Assembly (NCBI GenBank): GCA_046715235.1 | Contig: JBKJZO010000040.1 | Location: 1-58,852 of the forward strand | Source of the DNA: Mycobacteriales bacterium | GTDB taxonomy: Bacteria; Actinomycetota; Actinomycetes; BP-191 | Direction of reading: 5' to 3' | Length of the DNA stretch: 58,852 nucleotides | Part shown: in pieces, positions 28,780 to 38,439 of the stretch | Position numbering within the stretch: the first letter of the stretch is position 1 | How the letters are laid out: each line of letters begins with the position of its first letter | The notes under the pieces: generated by a model | Databases searched by the model: none | The model's input: only the letters and a program-made list of their open reading frames with translations | What the model was told of the DNA's origin: nothing | Position numbers and translations under genes: made by a program

Positions 28780-29701
28780 TCGCGACGAGTTCGCTGTTTC
28801 ACGTGAAACAGCGGCCGATCACCACGTTTCACGTGAAACAGACACCCCGATTGCCGCTGCGGTCGCGGCTGCGTTGCGTGCCGCCACTGACACAGCGGAC
28901 TTCCCGCGACCGCCGAGACGCCGGGTCGTTACGGTCGCGAACCAGAAGGGCGGTGTCGGCAAGACCACGTCGGCAGTGAACATCGCGGCCGCGCTGGCCT
29001 TGGGGGGCTCGCGGGTGCTGATGGTCGACCTCGACCCGCAGGGCAACGCGAGCACCGGACTCGGCGTCGCGCACCCCGCCGGAACCCCGAATGTCTATGA
29101 CGCGCTGATCGGGCACAAACCTCTCGCTGCAGTCGTCACCCCAGCAGCGTTACCGAATCTTTGGTGCGCACCGGCCACGATCGATCTCGCCGGTGCCGAG
29201 ATCGAGTTGGTTTCCCTCGTTGCCCGCGAGACCCGCTTGCAGAAGGCGATCGAGGCGTACGACGCCCAGCTCGACTACGTGATCATCGACTGCCCTCCGT
29301 CGCTCGGCCTGCTGACGGTCAACGCGCTGGTCGCTGCCGAGGAAGTACTGATCCCGATCCAGTGCGAGTACTACGCGCTGGAGGGCCTTGGGCAATTGCT
29401 GCGCAACGTCGAACTGGTCAAGAAGCATCTGAACGCGCGACTTCGGGTGTCGGCGATCCTGCTGACGATGTACGACGCTCGTACCAAACTGGCGGAACAG
29501 GTGGCGGCCGAAGTCCGCAGCCATTTCGGCGACCAGGTGCTCGAATCCACCATTCCGCGCAGCGTGCGCATCAGTGAGGCGCCGGGCTACGGACAATCGG
29601 TGCTGACCTACGATCCGGGTTCGCGGGGAGCCATGGCGTACGTCGACGCGGCCCGCGAATTCGCCCAGCGCGGGAGCGCACTACACGAGGAGAGCCAGTG
29701 A
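28772..29701 (+). CDS. parA: Chromosome partitioning ATPase ParA (Soj); start uncertain
   Basis: Deviant Walker [22 protein letters not shown], then ...[16 protein letters not shown]. In-frame start candidates are TTG 28772 (overlapping the rsmG end) and TTG 28874. The latter would leave both parS sites intergenic. The track's ATG 28640 lies inside rsmG. Confidence 0.88.
   Translation: MPDRDEFAVSRETAADHHVSRETDTPIAAAVAAALRAATDTADFPRPPRRRVVTVANQKGGVGKTTSAVNIAAALALGGSRVLMVDLDPQGNASTGLGVAHPAGTPNVYDALIGHKPLAAVVTPAALPNLWCAPATIDLAGAEIELVSLVARETRLQKAIEAYDAQLDYVIIDCPPSLGLLTVNALVAAEEVLIPIQCEYYALEGLGQLLRNVELVKKHLNARLRVSAILLTMYDARTKLAEQVAAEVRSHFGDQVLESTIPRSVRISEAPGYGQSVLTYDPGSRGAMAYVDAAREFAQRGSALHEESQ
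28795..28810. promoter_or_regulatory. parS centromere site, perfect 16-bp palindrome TGTTTCACGTGAAACA
   Basis: Read directly. It matches the canonical ParB-binding consensus and lies 16 nt after the rsmG stop. Confidence 0.9.
28825..28840. promoter_or_regulatory. Second parS site, cGTTTCACGTGAAACA (15/16)
   Basis: Read directly. Its centre is 30 bp from the first site. Confidence 0.85.
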
Positions 29702-30609
29702 ACGCTCGACGAGGCGGACTGGGCCGCGGGCTCGGTGCGTTGATCCCGACGCATGCGCCGGCGCCGCAGCCCGACGGCGTACCGGGACACGTGCCGGGAG
29801 AAGTGCCCGGCGCCGTCTACCGGGAGATCCCGATCGAGCGCATCGCACCCAACCCGCGCCAGCCGCGCGAGCACTTCGACGAAGAAGCGCTCTCCGAGCT
29901 GGTGACCTCACTGCGCGAGGTCGGGCTCCTGCAGCCGGTCGTCGTTCGCGAGGTCGGCGCCGACAGCTACGAGCTCGTCATGGGGGAGCGTCGTTTGCGG
30001 GCCGCCAAGGCAGCGGGCTTCACGGCTGTCCCGGCGATCATCAAGGACACAGCCGACGATCAGCTCCTGCGAGACGCTCTGTTGGAGAACCTGCACCGGC
30101 AGCAGCTGCACCCGCTGGAAGAGGCGGCGGCGTACTCCCAGTTGCTCTCCGACTTCGGCGCGACGCACGAGCAGCTGGCCGAGCGGATCGGCCGGTCCCG
30201 GTCGCAGATCACCAACACCATCCGGCTGCTCGGGTTGCCACCCTCGGTACAGCGTCGGGTAGCTGCCGGCGTGCTCAGCGCGGGCCACGCGCGCGCCCTA
30301 CTCGCGGTCGAGGGAGCGGCCGCGCAGGATGCTCTCGCGCACCGCATCGTTGCCGAGGGCCTGAGCGTGCGCGCCGTCGAAGAGCTCGCCGCCGTCTCCG
30401 GCCCCAGCGCCCAGGCCAGAGCACGGAGCCCACGCGCTGCCGCGCCGCACTCCCCGGGGATCACCGAGCTCGCCGACCGCCTCTCGGACCTGTTCGAGAC
30501 CCGGGTCAGCGTGCTGCTGGGCCGCCGCCGCGGCAAGATCGTGATCGAGTTCGCCTCGGTCGACGACCTCGAGCGGATCGTCGCGATGCTGCCGGAAACG
30601 TCCTCGTAG
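29698..30609 (+). CDS. parB: Chromosome partitioning protein ParB (Spo0J)
   Basis: [11 protein letters not shown]...[33 protein letters not shown]...GERRLRAAK...HTH region. The GTG start overlaps the parA stop (GTGA). Confidence 0.95.
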   Translation: MNARRGGLGRGLGALIPTHAPAPQPDGVPGHVPGEVPGAVYREIPIERIAPNPRQPREHFDEEALSELVTSLREVGLLQPVVVREVGADSYELVMGERRLRAAKAAGFTAVPAIIKDTADDQLLRDALLENLHRQQLHPLEEAAAYSQLLSDFGATHEQLAERIGRSRSQITNTIRLLGLPPSVQRRVAAGVLSAGHARALLAVEGAAAQDALAHRIVAEGLSVRAVEELAAVSGPSAQARARSPRAAAPHSPGITELADRLSDLFETRVSVLLGRRRGKIVIEFASVDDLERIVAMLPETSS

Positions 30610-30746
30610 AGCGCATATCTAGTGGTGGATTTGTGCCACAACCCAATATCTTGTGGCAGAGCGTGGCGAAATTCCCCAGAATGGGTGTAGGCGAACAGCC
30701 CCGCCGAGGCTACGATGGCCTCGCCCGAGCGATCGATCGGAGCCAC

Positions 30747-30926
30747 ATGTCGACACGCACGCTCCGACGTCTGATCGTCGGTTTCGTGGCAGGCATCTCG
30801 GCTGGCTGGCTCGGTGGGCTCCTTCGCACGCCCAAGAACCCTCCGGCGCGCTCCAGTGCGGCCGACGCCGCGTCGTTGCCCCAGGAGCGGTTCGGCACCC
30901 CGCCGACCGCGGCCGCGGGTTCCTAG
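30747..30926 (+). CDS. Possible small single-pass membrane protein (59 aa)
   Basis: MSTRTLRRLIVGFVAGISAGWLGGLLRTPKNPP... GGAG lies 4 nt upstream. About 80% of third positions are G/C. It ends 8 nt before the GNAT start. I recognise no family. Confidence 0.4.
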   Translation: MSTRTLRRLIVGFVAGISAGWLGGLLRTPKNPPARSSAADAASLPQERFGTPPTAAAGS

Positions 30927-30934
30927 GCAGGCGC

Positions 30935-31555
30935 GTGGTGGGACGCAGGCTCGCCAACATCACCCTGGACAATCTCGACGACCTGCCGCGCAGGTGCCGG
31001 CGGTGCGCCTTTTGGGAACTCGACCCCGTCGCCCGCACCCGTGCCGACGAAGCGGGCGATGCGGAATTCGAGAAGGAGGCGTGGGTCTCGGGGATCCTGC
31101 TCGAGTGGGGTAGCTGCGGCAAGATCGTTTACGTCGACGGCGTACCTGCGGGCTACGTGCTCTTCGCGCCGCCGGCATACGTGCCTCGCTCGATCGCGTT
31201 CCCCACCAGTCCGGTGAGTGCCGACGCGGTGTTGCTGATGACCGGGCATATCCTCCCCGACTTCGGTGGCATCGGCCTCGGACGAATGCTCGTGCAGGGG
31301 GTCGCCAAGGACCTGCTCAGGCGCGGTGTGCGCGCGATGGAGGCGTTCGGCGACAAGAACTGGGAGCGCCCGGCCTGTGTGCTCCCGGCCGACTACCTGC
31401 TCTCGGTCGGCTTCAAAACCGTCCGCCCGCACGTACGTTTTCCGCGCCTTCGCCTCGAGCTCAAGTCGACAGTCTCGTGGCGCGAGGATGTCGAGGTCGC
31501 GCTCGAGCGGCTGCTTGGATCGATGACCCCGGAAGGGGCGCTGCGCCCGGTCTAA
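30935..31555 (+). CDS. GNAT-like N-acetyltransferase (conserved parB neighbour)
   Basis: GTG 30935 or 30938. CRRCAFWELDP..., and FGGIGLGRMLVQGVAKDLLRRGVRAMEAF resembles acetyl-CoA motif A. The in-frame upstream part of the track ORF is Arg-rich and looks non-coding. Confidence 0.65.
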   Translation: MVGRRLANITLDNLDDLPRRCRRCAFWELDPVARTRADEAGDAEFEKEAWVSGILLEWGSCGKIVYVDGVPAGYVLFAPPAYVPRSIAFPTSPVSADAVLLMTGHILPDFGGIGLGRMLVQGVAKDLLRRGVRAMEAFGDKNWERPACVLPADYLLSVGFKTVRPHVRFPRLRLELKSTVSWREDVEVALERLLGSMTPEGALRPV

Positions 31556-31585
31556 CACCAGTGGCGGTGGGTGGCTCCGAGCCGG

Positions 31586-32716
31586 TCAGACCGCCTGCAG
31601 TTCCGGCTCCGGGAGTTGCAACTGTCCGGTGCCGGGGTCGTGCTCGGCCGGTAGATAGAGCCGCTGCACCGCGCTGAAGATCGCTTCCGCGACGGTGTGC
31701 CGGAATGCCGGGTCGGCCAGGCGTGACGCGTCGCGGGCGTTGGTCATATAGCCGATCTCGACGCGGACCGCGGGCATGCGCGTCAGGCGCAGGATGTCCC
31801 ACGTCTTGTACTGCGTGCGGCCGTCGAGCAGGTCGGTCCGCTCGACGAGCTCGCGCTGCACGAGTTCGGCCAGCCGCTCGCCGACTGCGGAACCGCGGTC
31901 ACGGCCGATGCCGAAGTAGTAGGTCGCAACGCCATTGGCGGCAGGGGTTTGCGGCGCGCCGTCGCAGTGCAGTGAGATCAGCAGGTCGGCCTCGGCCGCG
32001 TTGGCGAACTCGGCGCGCTCGCGCTCACTGAAAATGCCGTCGGGGCTGCGGGTCAGGAACGGCTGCGCGCCGGCGGCCATCAGCCAGCCCTCGAGCCGAG
32101 ACGCGATGTCGAACATCGCGGCGGATTCGGTCAGCTCGTCCGCCGTCCACCCAGCGTCGGTCCCGCCGTGTCCGGGGTCGACGATGACGACCTTGCCGGC
32201 CAGCCGGTTGCCCGCGCGGTGCAACGCTTCGTGCTCGCGCATCCGCGCCGCCGCACCGCCGACGACGGTGCGCCGAAGCTGATCTATCGCCCGGGTCGTC
32301 TCGGGGCCGAGAGTGCCGTCGGGGGGTACGCCGAAGTTGCGCTGGAAGTCCCGCAACGCGTTCGCCGTACGCGCACCGAAGATGCCGTCGACGCGGCCGG
32401 CGTCGAAGCCCAACTCGAGCAGCCGGGTTTGCAGCGCCGTTACGTAGTCGCCGACGAACGGGTGGCTGACGTAGTGGTAGAGCATGCGATCGCCCAGGCG
32501 CCAGCGTGCCTCGTCGAGAGCGTGGTAGGTCTGCTCGCCCACCACGCCGTCGATCATCAGTCCACGTTGCTGCTGGAAGTGGCGGACCGCGCTGTCGCAC
32601 TTGTCGTCGAACAGATCGGGATCGTCGCCGCCGACCGGCAGCAGCCCGAGTACGCCGAGCTTGCTGCGGATGTCGGCGACGACTGGTCCCCGGTCACCAC
32701 GACGGACGAGCTGCAT
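31586..32716 (-). CDS. cwlM: CwlM-like N-acetylmuramoyl-L-alanine amidase with two PG-binding repeats
   Basis: There are two PG_binding_1-like repeats (VADIRSKLGVLG...AVRHFQQQRGLMIDGVVG and VTALQTRLLELGF...ALRDFQRNFGVPPDGTLG). An Amidase_3 domain follows (VVIVDPGHGGTD...LISLHCDG...VRVEIGYMTN). It keeps the synteny next to trxA and trxB. Confidence 0.85.
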   Translation of the reverse strand: MQLVRRGDRGPVVADIRSKLGVLGLLPVGGDDPDLFDDKCDSAVRHFQQQRGLMIDGVVGEQTYHALDEARWRLGDRMLYHYVSHPFVGDYVTALQTRLLELGFDAGRVDGIFGARTANALRDFQRNFGVPPDGTLGPETTRAIDQLRRTVVGGAAARMREHEALHRAGNRLAGKVVIVDPGHGGTDAGWTADELTESAAMFDIASRLEGWLMAAGAQPFLTRSPDGIFSERERAEFANAAEADLLISLHCDGAPQTPAANGVATYYFGIGRDRGSAVGERLAELVQRELVERTDLLDGRTQYKTWDILRLTRMPAVRVEIGYMTNARDASRLADPAFRHTVAEAIFSAVQRLYLPAEHDPGTGQLQLPEPELQAV

Positions 32717-32817
32717 AGGCGGCGCTACTCCGGTCGGCAGGTGTCAGGGCGGCAAGATGTCAGAGGCGGGCTAAGCCTGCCTGCGTCCGCCCCGCAGGAG
32801 CGGTCATCGTACCTGCG

Positions 32818-33144
32818 CTAGAGGTAGCCCTCCAGATCGCGCAGCAGCGCGCTCTTGGGCTTGGCGCCGATGATGCTCTTGTCGATCTTGCCGTTGACGA
32901 AGACCGCCATCGTCGGGATCGACATGATCTGGTACTGCCGCGAGACCTGCGGGTTCTCGTCGATGTTGAGCTTGACGACCCTGATCTTCTCGGAGTTTTC
33001 GGCGGCGATCTCCTCGAGGACGGGCGCCACCATCTTGCACGGACCGCACCACTCGGCCCAGAAATCGACGATCACGGGGCGGTCGCTGTTGAGGACCTCC
33101 TCGGCGAAAGTGGCATCGGTCACGCTCGCGGTCGCGGCTCCCAC
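32818..33144 (-). CDS. trxA: Thioredoxin
   Basis: 108 aa with VIVDFWAEWCGPCKMVAP. Confidence 0.95.
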   Translation of the reverse strand: MGAATASVTDATFAEEVLNSDRPVIVDFWAEWCGPCKMVAPVLEEIAAENSEKIRVVKLNIDENPQVSRQYQIMSIPTMAVFVNGKIDKSIIGAKPKSALLRDLEGYL

Positions 33145-33243
33145 GGGGTCTTCCTCCTGTCGCCGACGGCACTGCCGTCAGGGTGCTGGTTGCTTGGGCA
33201 ACGCGGGTAGGGCTCGGCGGATTCCCGCCCGTACACTTCGGCC

Positions 33244-33585
33244 ATGGGTCGAGTCGGTCGCTACACGTTATCGATAATGGTGTGGGTCTCCGCGTTCGCC
33301 GCCTGGTCGGGCATGGTCGGTCTTGTGGTTGGGGCCCTCGCCGACTCAGGACCCTCGGCGAGCGTCGCCTCGGGCGTAAGCGCGCTGATGTACGTCGTCC
33401 TGTCGGCAGTCCCGACTGTGGTCGCCTTGTGGTTCAACGACTGGGCGCGCGACGGCTTTCCGAGTGCGGCTGATCGGCGCAAGGGCGACTACCACCGTGC
33501 TGACTCTTCCTTGCGCAACCTACCCGCGGGTGCCCGCGAGCACCCCGTTGCAGCGTCGACTCAGCCGCCGAGTGAGGCAAGGTAG
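33244..33585 (+). CDS. Possible 2-TM membrane protein antisense-oriented in the trxB-trxA gap
   Basis: 113 aa with two clean hydrophobic helices ([26 protein letters not shown] and [20 protein letters not shown]). Third-position G/C is about 76% by my count, lower than neighbouring genes. It overlaps the trxB 3' end by 25 nt. Confidence 0.35.
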   Translation: MGRVGRYTLSIMVWVSAFAAWSGMVGLVVGALADSGPSASVASGVSALMYVVLSAVPTVVALWFNDWARDGFPSAADRRKGDYHRADSSLRNLPAGAREHPVAASTQPPSEAR

Positions 33586-34496
33586 CGCTCGGCGTCCAGG
33601 CTTGCCGCGCAACCGGTTCCGGCTGCGGTGACCGCCTGCCGGTAGGTGTGGTCGACACAGTCGCCGCACGCGAAGACGCCGGCCAGGTTGGTGCGGGTGC
33701 TCGGGGCGTCGACGAGGATGTAGCCGGCGTCGTCGAGGTGCACCTGGCCCTTGAACAACGATGTGTTGGGATCGTGCCCGATGGCGACGAAAAGCCCGGT
33801 CACGTCGAGTTGGCGCTTGTCCCCGGTGACGGTGTCCGTGAGCTCCACGCGCTCGACCATCTTGTCGCCGGTGACGTCGGTGACCGCCGAGTTCATCGCC
33901 CAGCGGATCTTGCCGTTGGCCATGGCGCGTTCCTGCATGATCTTGCTGGCCCGCAGCTCGTCGCGTCGATGGACGACCGTGACCGAGTCGGCGAAGCGGG
34001 TGAGGAACGTCGCCTCCTCCATCGCGGAGTCGCCGCCGCCGACGACTGCGATGTCCTGATCACGGAAGAAGAAGCCATCGCACGTTGCGCACGACGAGAC
34101 CCCGTGACCGATCAGCGCTTGCTCCTGCGGCAGGCCGAGCCATCTGGCCCTCGCGCCGGTCGAGATGATGACCGACTGCGCCTCGTAAGTGTCAGCGCCG
34201 ACCATGACCCGCTTGATGTCGCCGGTCAGGTCGACCTCGGTCACATCGTCGGTAAGGAACTCGGCGCCGAACCGCTCGGCCTGCTTGCGCATGTTGTCCA
34301 TGAGCTCGGGGCCCATGATGCCGCTGGGGAAGCCGGGGTAGTTCTCGACCTCGGTGGTCAGCATCAGTTGGCCACCAGCCGCCGCGCCTTCGATGACGAA
34401 CGGCTTGAGCTGGGCCCGCGCGCTGTAAAGAGCAGCGGTCAGACCGGCCGGCCCAGAGCCGATGATGATGACCTCGTGAAGCTTTTCGCTGTCCAA
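33561..34496 (-). CDS. trxB: Thioredoxin-disulfide reductase
   Basis: [19 protein letters not shown]..., redox centre CATCDG, and the second dinucleotide fold [16 protein letters not shown]. Confidence 0.95.
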   Translation of the reverse strand: MDSEKLHEVIIIGSGPAGLTAALYSARAQLKPFVIEGAAAGGQLMLTTEVENYPGFPSGIMGPELMDNMRKQAERFGAEFLTDDVTEVDLTGDIKRVMVGADTYEAQSVIISTGARARWLGLPQEQALIGHGVSSCATCDGFFFRDQDIAVVGGGDSAMEEATFLTRFADSVTVVHRRDELRASKIMQERAMANGKIRWAMNSAVTDVTGDKMVERVELTDTVTGDKRQLDVTGLFVAIGHDPNTSLFKGQVHLDDAGYILVDAPSTRTNLAGVFACGDCVDHTYRQAVTAAGTGCAASLDAERYLASLGG

Positions 34497-34590
34497 ACCC
34501 GGGGGCCTTTCCTATGCGTGCCGCGTAGTCGTTGCGCGATCGATAACGGATCGTAGCGGCCGCGGATTCCTCTTGCGCCGGCGGGGTTTC

Positions 34591-35553
34591 TCAGCCGATC
34601 GGCACTACCTCGAGGCGCAGGAAGTTGGCGTCTGATGTTTGCCCGCATTTGGGTCCGACGATGTTGACGCTTACGAACTCCGGCTGCCGGTGCGGCAGCA
34701 CGATCGCCAGCGCCGGCTGGCCGTCGTATTCGGCGAAGTCGAGTGCCAGGGGTACCGTCTCGCCGCCGGTGACCGCGACGATGCATGCAGCCAGACGCGT
34801 TTCGTCGGCCTGCAGGGCCGCCAGCTCCTGCTGCGCCTCGCGTTTGTCCGCGGTGGCCAACTCCGGCGGAGCGGCACTCGACTTGGCCGCGGAAGAAGAA
34901 CCGGCAAAGTTCTGCGAGTCCTGTGCCGCAGGGGCTGATTCGGTCGCGGCAGCCATCGCCTCGGTCGACGGGGCTGCCGCTGCAGCCTGCGGCGCGCGGT
35001 TGGGCGCGATTCCTTGCTGCGCAACGTAGGCCTGCAGTTGCCCGCGGATTGTCGAGGCGCTGTAGTTGGTGCCGCTGCTGGTCATGCGAGGTCCCGGCGC
35101 GGACGCAGTCGCGAGCCCTGTTGCCGACGTGGCGGCGCGGTCCTTGTCGGAGCCGCCGCCTTTGATGGAGGCCAGGCCGACCGCCGCCACCAGCGCGACC
35201 ACCGCGGCGGCGGCCGCCCCGGTCGCCCAGCCGGCACCGCCGCGACGAGTGCGAGCAGGCAGGACCGTCGTCGCCCTCGACGGCTCGGACAGCGCTGACA
35301 GCGCGTGGTCGAGACGCTGCGCGACGTCGGCCGGCATCGTCACTGGCCCGAGTGAGGCGAGCGCCTCGGAGGTGCCTTCGAGGGCGGCGATGTCGGCATT
35401 GCATTCCGCACACCCGGCGAGGTGATCCGCCACCCGCTCCCGGTCACCCGCGCGAAGATCACCGTCGGCGTACGCCGCCAGCTCGTCGATCTCCGGGTGC
35501 CGCGAATCGCCGGTCCCTGTGGGCCGGTCCGCGGGTGGTGTCTGGTCGGTCAT
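34591..35553 (-). CDS. Anti-sigma factor (zf-HC2, anti-SigM-like)
   Basis: HPEIDELAAYADGDLRAGDRERVADHLAGCAECNADIAAL is the HxxxCxxC motif. One TM follows (GAAAAAVVALVAAVGLA), then an extracytoplasmic domain. It lies directly downstream of the ECF sigma gene. Confidence 0.8.
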   Translation of the reverse strand: MTDQTPPADRPTGTGDSRHPEIDELAAYADGDLRAGDRERVADHLAGCAECNADIAALEGTSEALASLGPVTMPADVAQRLDHALSALSEPSRATTVLPARTRRGGAGWATGAAAAAVVALVAAVGLASIKGGGSDKDRAATSATGLATASAPGPRMTSSGTNYSASTIRGQLQAYVAQQGIAPNRAPQAAAAAPSTEAMAAATESAPAAQDSQNFAGSSSAAKSSAAPPELATADKREAQQELAALQADETRLAACIVAVTGGETVPLALDFAEYDGQPALAIVLPHRQPEFVSVNIVGPKCGQTSDANFLRLEVVPIG

Positions 35554-35582
35554 TCCTCAGCTTCTGTCTGCAGGGGTTGCTA

Positions 35583-36203
35583 TTAGTTGGATGGTTGGGG
35601 CGTGCTGGTGGTTCCCGGATCCGCGTGATCGTTCCGTAATCGTTCGGGGCGAAGGTGCCCGAGCAGTACGGCGAGCTGCGCCCGACCGCGGTGGCAGCGG
35701 CTCTTGATCGTGCCCGCGGGCACGCCCAGCACGGCGGCTGCCTCGTTGACGCTCATGCCCTGCAGGTCGACGAGGACGATCGCGAGCCTCTGGTCGTCGC
35801 TCAGCCTGGCCAGCGCGTCGGACACTTCGACCGCGGTCTCACGATCGGCGATCTCATCGCGGGGTTCGGCGATAGCGGCTAGGGCGGCATCGTCGTACGG
35901 CACGACGGCCCGCACCCGCTGCCGCCGGAGGCGGTCCAGGCAGGCGTTGACGACTATTCGGTGCAACCACGTCGAGAACTGCGCGTCGCCACGGAACCGC
36001 TCGGCCTGCTTGAACGCCGAGATGAACGCGTCCTGTACGGCGTCCTCGGCTTCCGAGGGATCGCCCAGCGTGCGCAGCGCAACCGCCCACGCGCGGTCGC
36101 GGTGGCGGGCGACGAGGACACCGAACGCTGCCGGGTCACCAGCGACGTGCTGGCGGAGCAGGCTCGCGTCTTCAGTGAGCTCCTGCTCGTCGCGCGTATC
36201 CAC
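35583..36203 (-). CDS. sigM: ECF RNA polymerase sigma factor (SigM-like)
   Basis: Region 2 is AEDAVQDAFISAFKQAERFRGDAQFSTWLHRIVVNACLDRLR. Region 4 is LVDLQGMSVNEAAAVLGVPAGTIKSRCHRGR. Synteny with trxB and murJ supports the call. Confidence 0.85.
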   Translation of the reverse strand: MDTRDEQELTEDASLLRQHVAGDPAAFGVLVARHRDRAWAVALRTLGDPSEAEDAVQDAFISAFKQAERFRGDAQFSTWLHRIVVNACLDRLRRQRVRAVVPYDDAALAAIAEPRDEIADRETAVEVSDALARLSDDQRLAIVLVDLQGMSVNEAAAVLGVPAGTIKSRCHRGRAQLAVLLGHLRPERLRNDHADPGTTSTPQPSN

Positions 36204-36240
36204 TCGATGTGTGCCTTCCCGGTGCCGTGGTGGGCCGAGC

Positions 36241-37875
36241 CTAGCGCGGCATTTCGCCGGTGAAGGCGACCTCCGACAGGACCGCCCTGAACCCGCCGGA
36301 CACTGCCGGTAGCTGGGTGACCCACACCAGCCAGTAGCGCGCCCGCGTCGCCGACGACGGCTTCAGCTGCATATCGCCGGTGCCCGTGGCGGACGCGACG
36401 AGGGTGTAGGCATCGGCCGCTGCGCCCCGGGCATCGGAGGCGCGCAGTTCGAGCGCGGTGTTGCCCCCGGCGACCCGCACGCCGACGTCGGTGACGGTGA
36501 CCGGCTCGCCCAGATCGAAGACCAGACCGACGCCCGGCTTCAAAGCGCCGAAAGCCGCGGTCCGGTAGCGGTCGGTGTCCCAGGACGTCTCCGGCTTGCC
36601 GTCGAAGGCGAGCGGCACGTCCTTGCTGTTTTCGGTGGTGGGCCGGCCCTGCGGATCGAAGTCCTGCGCTGCGGCTATCCGCAGCCGGCCGATCGTCGCC
36701 GCGCTCGCCGTCTCGGACGTCGACCCGCCGGGATCACGTCCGATCGCGGGGAGCCGGCCGCCGCCTGCGACAACGGCGCCGATGACGATCGCGACGACAA
36801 CGACGCCGAGCAGCGCGGGTACGCCGACGCGCATCCACGGTGAGCCGGCTGCGGGAGGGTGCTCGCCCTCGTCGATTGGGTCAGCCGGTGGCGGCGGCGC
36901 CGGCAGATCGCCGAGTGCGTCGACCCAGTCGCGCAGCGACGCGATCGGCCTGCCTTCCCACCCGGCGGTTCCAAGTGCGCCCATCACGATCTGGTCGAGT
37001 TCGTGGGGGACACCCGCTCGCACCTGGCCGGGCGAGAGCAACACGCCGTCCCTGCGTGGTGCCGCAGGAAGCGCGGGTTCCGCACCGTCGACGGAACGAC
37101 CGGTCAGGCACATGTAGACGAGTGCGGCCAGCGACCGGGAATCGCGTCCGTCCAACCCGGACCCCGGGGCGGACGCCGGGGCATCGTCACCGTCAGGCGC
37201 GAGGGCGCTGGCCACGCCGAAATCGGTGAGCTTGATCGCCCCGTCGCCGCAGCGCAGCACGTTGAAGCCGTCGACTTGTCCGTGCGGTATGCCGTTGTCA
37301 TGCGCGTACGTCAGCGCGTCCGCGGCCTGCATCGCCACGACCTGCGCGTGCAGCGGCGTCAGTGGACCTTGGGTCCGCACGAGCTCGGCGAGCGCCGTCC
37401 CGTCGACCCATTCGGTGACGACGTACGGCGTATCGCCTTCGACCCCGGCGTCGTAGGTGCTGGCGATTCGGGAGTGCGCGAGCCGGCTCGCTGAGGTCGC
37501 CGCAGTGGTGAACCGGCTGACCGCCTCGGCGGCGTCGATGCACCGGGGTACGGCGCCCGGCGAGTCAAGCAGCTTGACCGCGACGGGACGCGCGAGCACG
37601 TCGTCGACGGCCCGCCACAAGGTCGTGCAGGGCCCGCTGCTAACGGGTCGCTCCAGCCGGTAGCGGCCCGCGAGCGAAGTGCCGGACGCGGCGGCCTGCT
37701 CGGCCACGTCACCTCCAGCTAGATCGAGCGTCTCGCGTACGGCGCACGCGTCACCATGATGCCCGTCTTGCGGCGCAATCGCGCCCGAGTTGTGTGGCAG
37801 GCGCACCCCGAATCTGCCGAACACGTGCATCGTGTAGCCAGGCCGCACTAGTGCGGCTTCACCCCGAGGACGCAT
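36241..37875 (-). CDS. Membrane pseudokinase with an extracellular galactose-binding/discoidin-like domain (equivalent to the C-terminal half of M. tuberculosis MviN)
   Basis: The kinase-like fold has VAVKLL and a DFG motif (KLTDFGV). HRD is replaced by HGQVD (AHDNGIPHGQVDGFN) and the Gly loop is degenerate (VSSGPCTT). A TM follows (VPALLGVVVVAIVIGAVVAGG). The C-terminus reads FDPQG...AFDGKPETSWDTDRY...YWLVWVTQL. The start is uncertain; ATG 37830 is an alternative. Confidence 0.8.
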   Translation of the reverse strand: MRPRGEAALVRPGYTMHVFGRFGVRLPHNSGAIAPQDGHHGDACAVRETLDLAGGDVAEQAAASGTSLAGRYRLERPVSSGPCTTLWRAVDDVLARPVAVKLLDSPGAVPRCIDAAEAVSRFTTAATSASRLAHSRIASTYDAGVEGDTPYVVTEWVDGTALAELVRTQGPLTPLHAQVVAMQAADALTYAHDNGIPHGQVDGFNVLRCGDGAIKLTDFGVASALAPDGDDAPASAPGSGLDGRDSRSLAALVYMCLTGRSVDGAEPALPAAPRRDGVLLSPGQVRAGVPHELDQIVMGALGTAGWEGRPIASLRDWVDALGDLPAPPPPADPIDEGEHPPAAGSPWMRVGVPALLGVVVVAIVIGAVVAGGGRLPAIGRDPGGSTSETASAATIGRLRIAAAQDFDPQGRPTTENSKDVPLAFDGKPETSWDTDRYRTAAFGALKPGVGLVFDLGEPVTVTDVGVRVAGGNTALELRASDARGAAADAYTLVASATGTGDMQLKPSSATRARYWLVWVTQLPAVSGGFRAVLSEVAFTGEMPR

Positions 37876-37922
37876 TGCTGCGCCCGTGGGACGTGCGGTG
37901 TCCGGCGATCAGCGGTTTCGGT

Positions 37923-38351
37923 TTAGTGCCTGCGCGGACTCGCGTGCGCCGACACCTTCGCCACGGCCCACTTCGCGGTCGTATCGGTGCGGTAAAGGAA
38001 CAGCGTCGTCGCCGTCTTCGTGACCGCGAGGTCGACAGCACCATCCTCGGTCACGAGGAACTCGTCAGGCAGCAGCTCGACGTTCCGCTCGATGGCGACC
38101 TTCTCGGCGGCGGCATACGCCGCTTCCCGCGTCTTGCCTGAGGCGTAACCCTCGGCGGCAGCGATCGCGGCCTGCTCGGCGATGTCTATCGAGTTGATGC
38201 GGGTAGTCACCAGGGACAGCGATTCGAACGCAACGATGCCGAGGAACACCAAGAAGACGATGACCCGGGTGAACCAGCCGAGAACGATGTCGCCTCGGTC
38301 GTTGCGGGCGCCGGCACGACGTCGTACGAACCTCAGAACCGCTGCCGCCAA
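37923..38351 (-). CDS. Hypothetical single-pass membrane protein
   Basis: 142 aa. It has an N-terminal basic stretch, a TM (WFTRVIVFLVFLGIVAF) and an Ala-rich soluble part. It sits between murJ and the pseudokinase gene. I recognise no family. Confidence 0.6.
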   Translation of the reverse strand: MAAAVLRFVRRRAGARNDRGDIVLGWFTRVIVFLVFLGIVAFESLSLVTTRINSIDIAEQAAIAAAEGYASGKTREAAYAAAEKVAIERNVELLPDEFLVTEDGAVDLAVTKTATTLFLYRTDTTAKWAVAKVSAHASPRRH

Positions 38352-38439
38352 CTCCGCCTACCTTCATCGGGAACGCAATTGGAGGATCGGCTGAGCGGGC
38401 ATCGGCCTTGAATCGCTGGGCCGATCGGCCCAGCGCTCC

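Noticed and set aside
28795-28840. Repeated GTTTCACGTGAAAC as a possible CRISPR or other repeat array
   Set aside because: There are only two copies. Each is a palindrome matching the parS consensus, and they are located at parAB. There are no spacers or cas genes.
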